Below, one piece after another: positions 59,470 to 64,000 of a stretch of 64,000 nucleotides of DNA (the stretch's first letter is position 1; every line of letters starts with the position of its first letter). The stretch lies in contig NIVC01000909.1 of NCBI GenBank assembly GCA_002269645.1, positions 118,258 to 182,257 of the forward strand, given 5' to 3'. Under the pieces are notes generated by a model. That model was given only the letters and a program-made list of their open reading frames with translations. It had not been told where the DNA came from and made no database searches. The DNA is from Macrostomum lignano. Taxonomy: Eukaryota. The position numbers were made by a program, and so were the translations under genes.

Positions 59470-61470
59470 ACAGAAACACCTAATTAAAACCTGCAGAAAC
59501 ACCTAATTAGAACCTGCAGAAACACCTAATTAGAACCTGCAGAAATACCTAATTAGAACCTGCAGAAACACCTAATTAGAACCTGCAGAAACACCTAATT
59601 AGAACCTGCAGAAACACCTAATTAGAACCTACAGAAACAACTAATTAGAACCTGCAGAAACACCTAATTAGAACCTAGATGAAACACCTAATTAGAACCT
59701 GCAGAAATACCTAATTAGAACCCACATGAAACACCTAATTAGAACCTGCAGAAACACCTAATTAAAACCTGCAGAAACACCTAATTAGAACCTACATGAA
59801 ACACCTAATTAGAACCTAAATAAACACCTAATTAGAACCTACATGAAACACCTAATTAGAACCTATAGAAACACCTAATTAGGACCTACATGAAACACCT
59901 AATTAGAACCTAAATAAACACCTAATTAGAACCTGCAGAAACACCTAATTAGAACCTACATGAAACACCTAATTAGAACCCACATGAAACACCTAATTAG
60001 AACCTGCAGAAATACCTAATTAGAACCTGCAGAAACACCTAATTAGAACCTGCAGAAGCACCTAATTAGAGCCTACATGAAAAACCTAATTAAAACCTAC
60101 ATGAAACACCTAATTAGAACCTGCAGAAACACCTAATTAGAACCTGCAGAAACACCTACTTAGAACCTACAGAAACACCTAATTAGAGCCTACATGAAAA
60201 ACCTAATTAAAACCTACATGAAACACCTAATTAGAACCTACATGAAACACCTAATTAGATAGAACCTGCAGAAACACCTAATTAGAACCTAATGAAACAC
60301 CTAATTAGAACCTAATGAAACACCTAATTAGAACCTAATGAAACAACTAATTAGAACCTGCAGAAACACCTAATTAGAACCTGCAGAAACACCTAATTAG
60401 AACCTGCAGAAACACCTAATTAGAACCTACATGAAACACCTAATTAGAACCTGCAGAAACACCTAATTAAAACCTGCAGAAACACCTAATTAGAACCTGC
60501 AGAAACACCTAATTAGAACCTACATGAAACACCTAATTAGAACCTGCAGAAACACCTAATTAGAACCTGCAGAAGCACCTAATTAGAACCCACATGAAAC
60601 ACCTAATTAGAACCTGCAGAAATACCTAATTAGAACCCACATGAAACACCTAATTAGAACCTGCAGAAATACCTAATTAGAACCTGCAGAAACACCTAAT
60701 TAGAACCTGCAGAAACACCTAATTAGAACCTGCAGAAACACCTACTTAGGACCTACAGAAACACCTAATTAGAGCCTACATGAAAAACCTAATTAAAACC
60801 TACATGAAACACCTAATTAGAACCTACATGAAACACCTAATTAGAACCTGCAGAAACACCTAATTAGAGCCTACATGAAAAACCTAATTAAAACCTACAT
60901 GAAACACCTAATTAGAACCTACATGAAACACCTAATTAGATAGAACCTGCAGAAACACCTACTTAGGACCTACAGAAACACCTAATTAGAGCCTACATGA
61001 AAAACCTAATTAAAACCTACATGAAACACCTAATTAGAACCTACATGAAACACCTAATTAGATAGAACCTGCAGAAACACCTAATTAGAACCTGCAGAAA
61101 CACCTAATTAGAGCCTACATGAAAAACCTAATTAAAACCTACATGAAACACCTAATTAGAACCTACATGAAACACCTAATTAGATAGAACCTGCAGAAAC
61201 ACCTACTTAGGACCTACAGACACACCTAATTAGAGCCTACATGAAAAACCTAATTAAAACCTACATGAAACACCTAATTAGAACCTACATGAAACACCTA
61301 GATAGATAGGTACTTAGATAGAACCTGCTGAAACACCTAATTAGAACCTGCAGAAACACCTAATTAGAGCCTACATGAAACACCTAGTTAGAAACTACGG
61401 AAACACCTAATTAGAACCTGCAGAAACACCTAATTAGAACCTACAGAAAGACCTAGTTAAAACCTACAGA
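59470..61470. repeat. 23-bp minisatellite (gaaacacctaattagaacctgca), about 85 copies
   Basis: Direct reading. Confidence 0.96.
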
Positions 61471-61949
61471 AATCCGAAACCTTTGCCCCATCACCAGTGG
61501 GTCACCCACCGATCTGTCCAGCTGCCTCAGAGGTGGTGACGCCTCCTCCTGGGTCGCCTGCATCGTCCTTTAGACCGACACTTGCTGAAGATTAGCCCAA
61601 GATTCGATGCAATTTGCTATGCGGTCTCCAGTTGAGAAATCGAGTTGGTGGTGAAGTTGCTCTTTCTTCCGTAGACGACTTGTTTTGGCTCGAATTTTGC
61701 GCGAGTTGCTATCCAGTTTTTGGGGGTGAGCCTTGAGCTGGGAGAATGAGACTGGTTCTGATAGGATCTTAGGGCGTGGGGATTTTACTGTCTTCATCCA
61801 TCTTTTTCCGCAGAGCAATGGGCAACGGAGGCTTGACTACACCAATCTCTGTGTGTGTGTCACTGCCGCTGCGATCTCTCAGCTCTTGCCAGCTCAGTTG
61901 CTTTTCATTCGATGCTGGGCGCAGTTTATCGGATACGCACTGGCACTGA

Positions 61950-63341
<1,392 letters not shown>

Positions 63342-64000
63342 CCCTGGTTAGTCACCCAGCAGCACTCATATCTGAGTCAGCGATTCGTCATCCCCAATGC
63401 TCCCCAAGCAGTCCTTCTCGCTCCCCATCTACTAAAATTCCTCAACCCAGCTGGCAGCAGAATGCAGAGTGCAGCGATGGCGCAGACTCAGACGGAGATA
63501 GCGAACGCTGAGGATGACTGGGCGTTTTATATTTCCTGGGCGCGTTTCCTGTAACTTTATTCGCCGACAAATTTCATCCCCTTAACACATCCATATGTCC
63601 CTTATCTCGTCTGGAGCGTGCCTGCGCCCCAGCATCCCAGTCGTCATGTGCACTCTTGCGGGAAATATCCCCAGAGAATCGGGGATGTCAGTCTCAGTTT
63701 GGTTTTGAGTTAGAACTCACCGGCAATGCAGACTGACTGAGCCCGCGGGGCAATCCCGTGAGCCATTAAGTGAATCGAGTCTGTGGAAACCATCTGATTA
63801 AATATTAACTAACTTCAATTTCATTTAATTTACTTTCGAAAAAACGCTAAAATGAAATTAAATCGATTTCCAGACGGTGGTGTGAAGTCATCTAAAGTCT
63901 GCTCATATTTTCTACTTGACTAAAAAATCCATGAAGATGCTATTTGCACTACTTTTTTGTTTTATATAAGTAGTTTTGTTACAAAAATTGCTGGTATTTC

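Noticed and set aside
61500-61565. Motifs gaggtggtgac and gggtcgcctgc shared with the 5.0-5.3 kb repeat region
   Set aside because: Matches of about 11 bp in a different order, too short to claim a shared element.

Overview
Repeat-rich eukaryotic genomic DNA with GT-AG introns. The style suggests an invertebrate, possibly a flatworm such as Macrostomum, but that is inference only. The minus strand from about 20.9 to 59 kb carries a canonical ankyrin gene of the Ank2/unc-44 type. I could splice it by hand with consistent phases: ANK-repeat exons, Q-rich linker exons, ZU5-ZU5-UPA, death domain, then one ~13-kb giant exon (35576-22612). The giant isoform is about 6,100 aa. A phase-compatible downstream exon pair suggests a short isoform (~1,900 aa) that skips the giant exon. 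The plus strand carries an intronless ankyrin-repeat gene built from 70-aa two-repeat units, with an in-frame TGA and a probable late frameshift, and a four-exon orphan gene (298 aa, acidic, with a Cys cluster). The rest is micro/minisatellite, an hAT-like MITE, two foldback structures and a CpG-depleted block. Most other ORFs in the track are by-products of tandem repeats.
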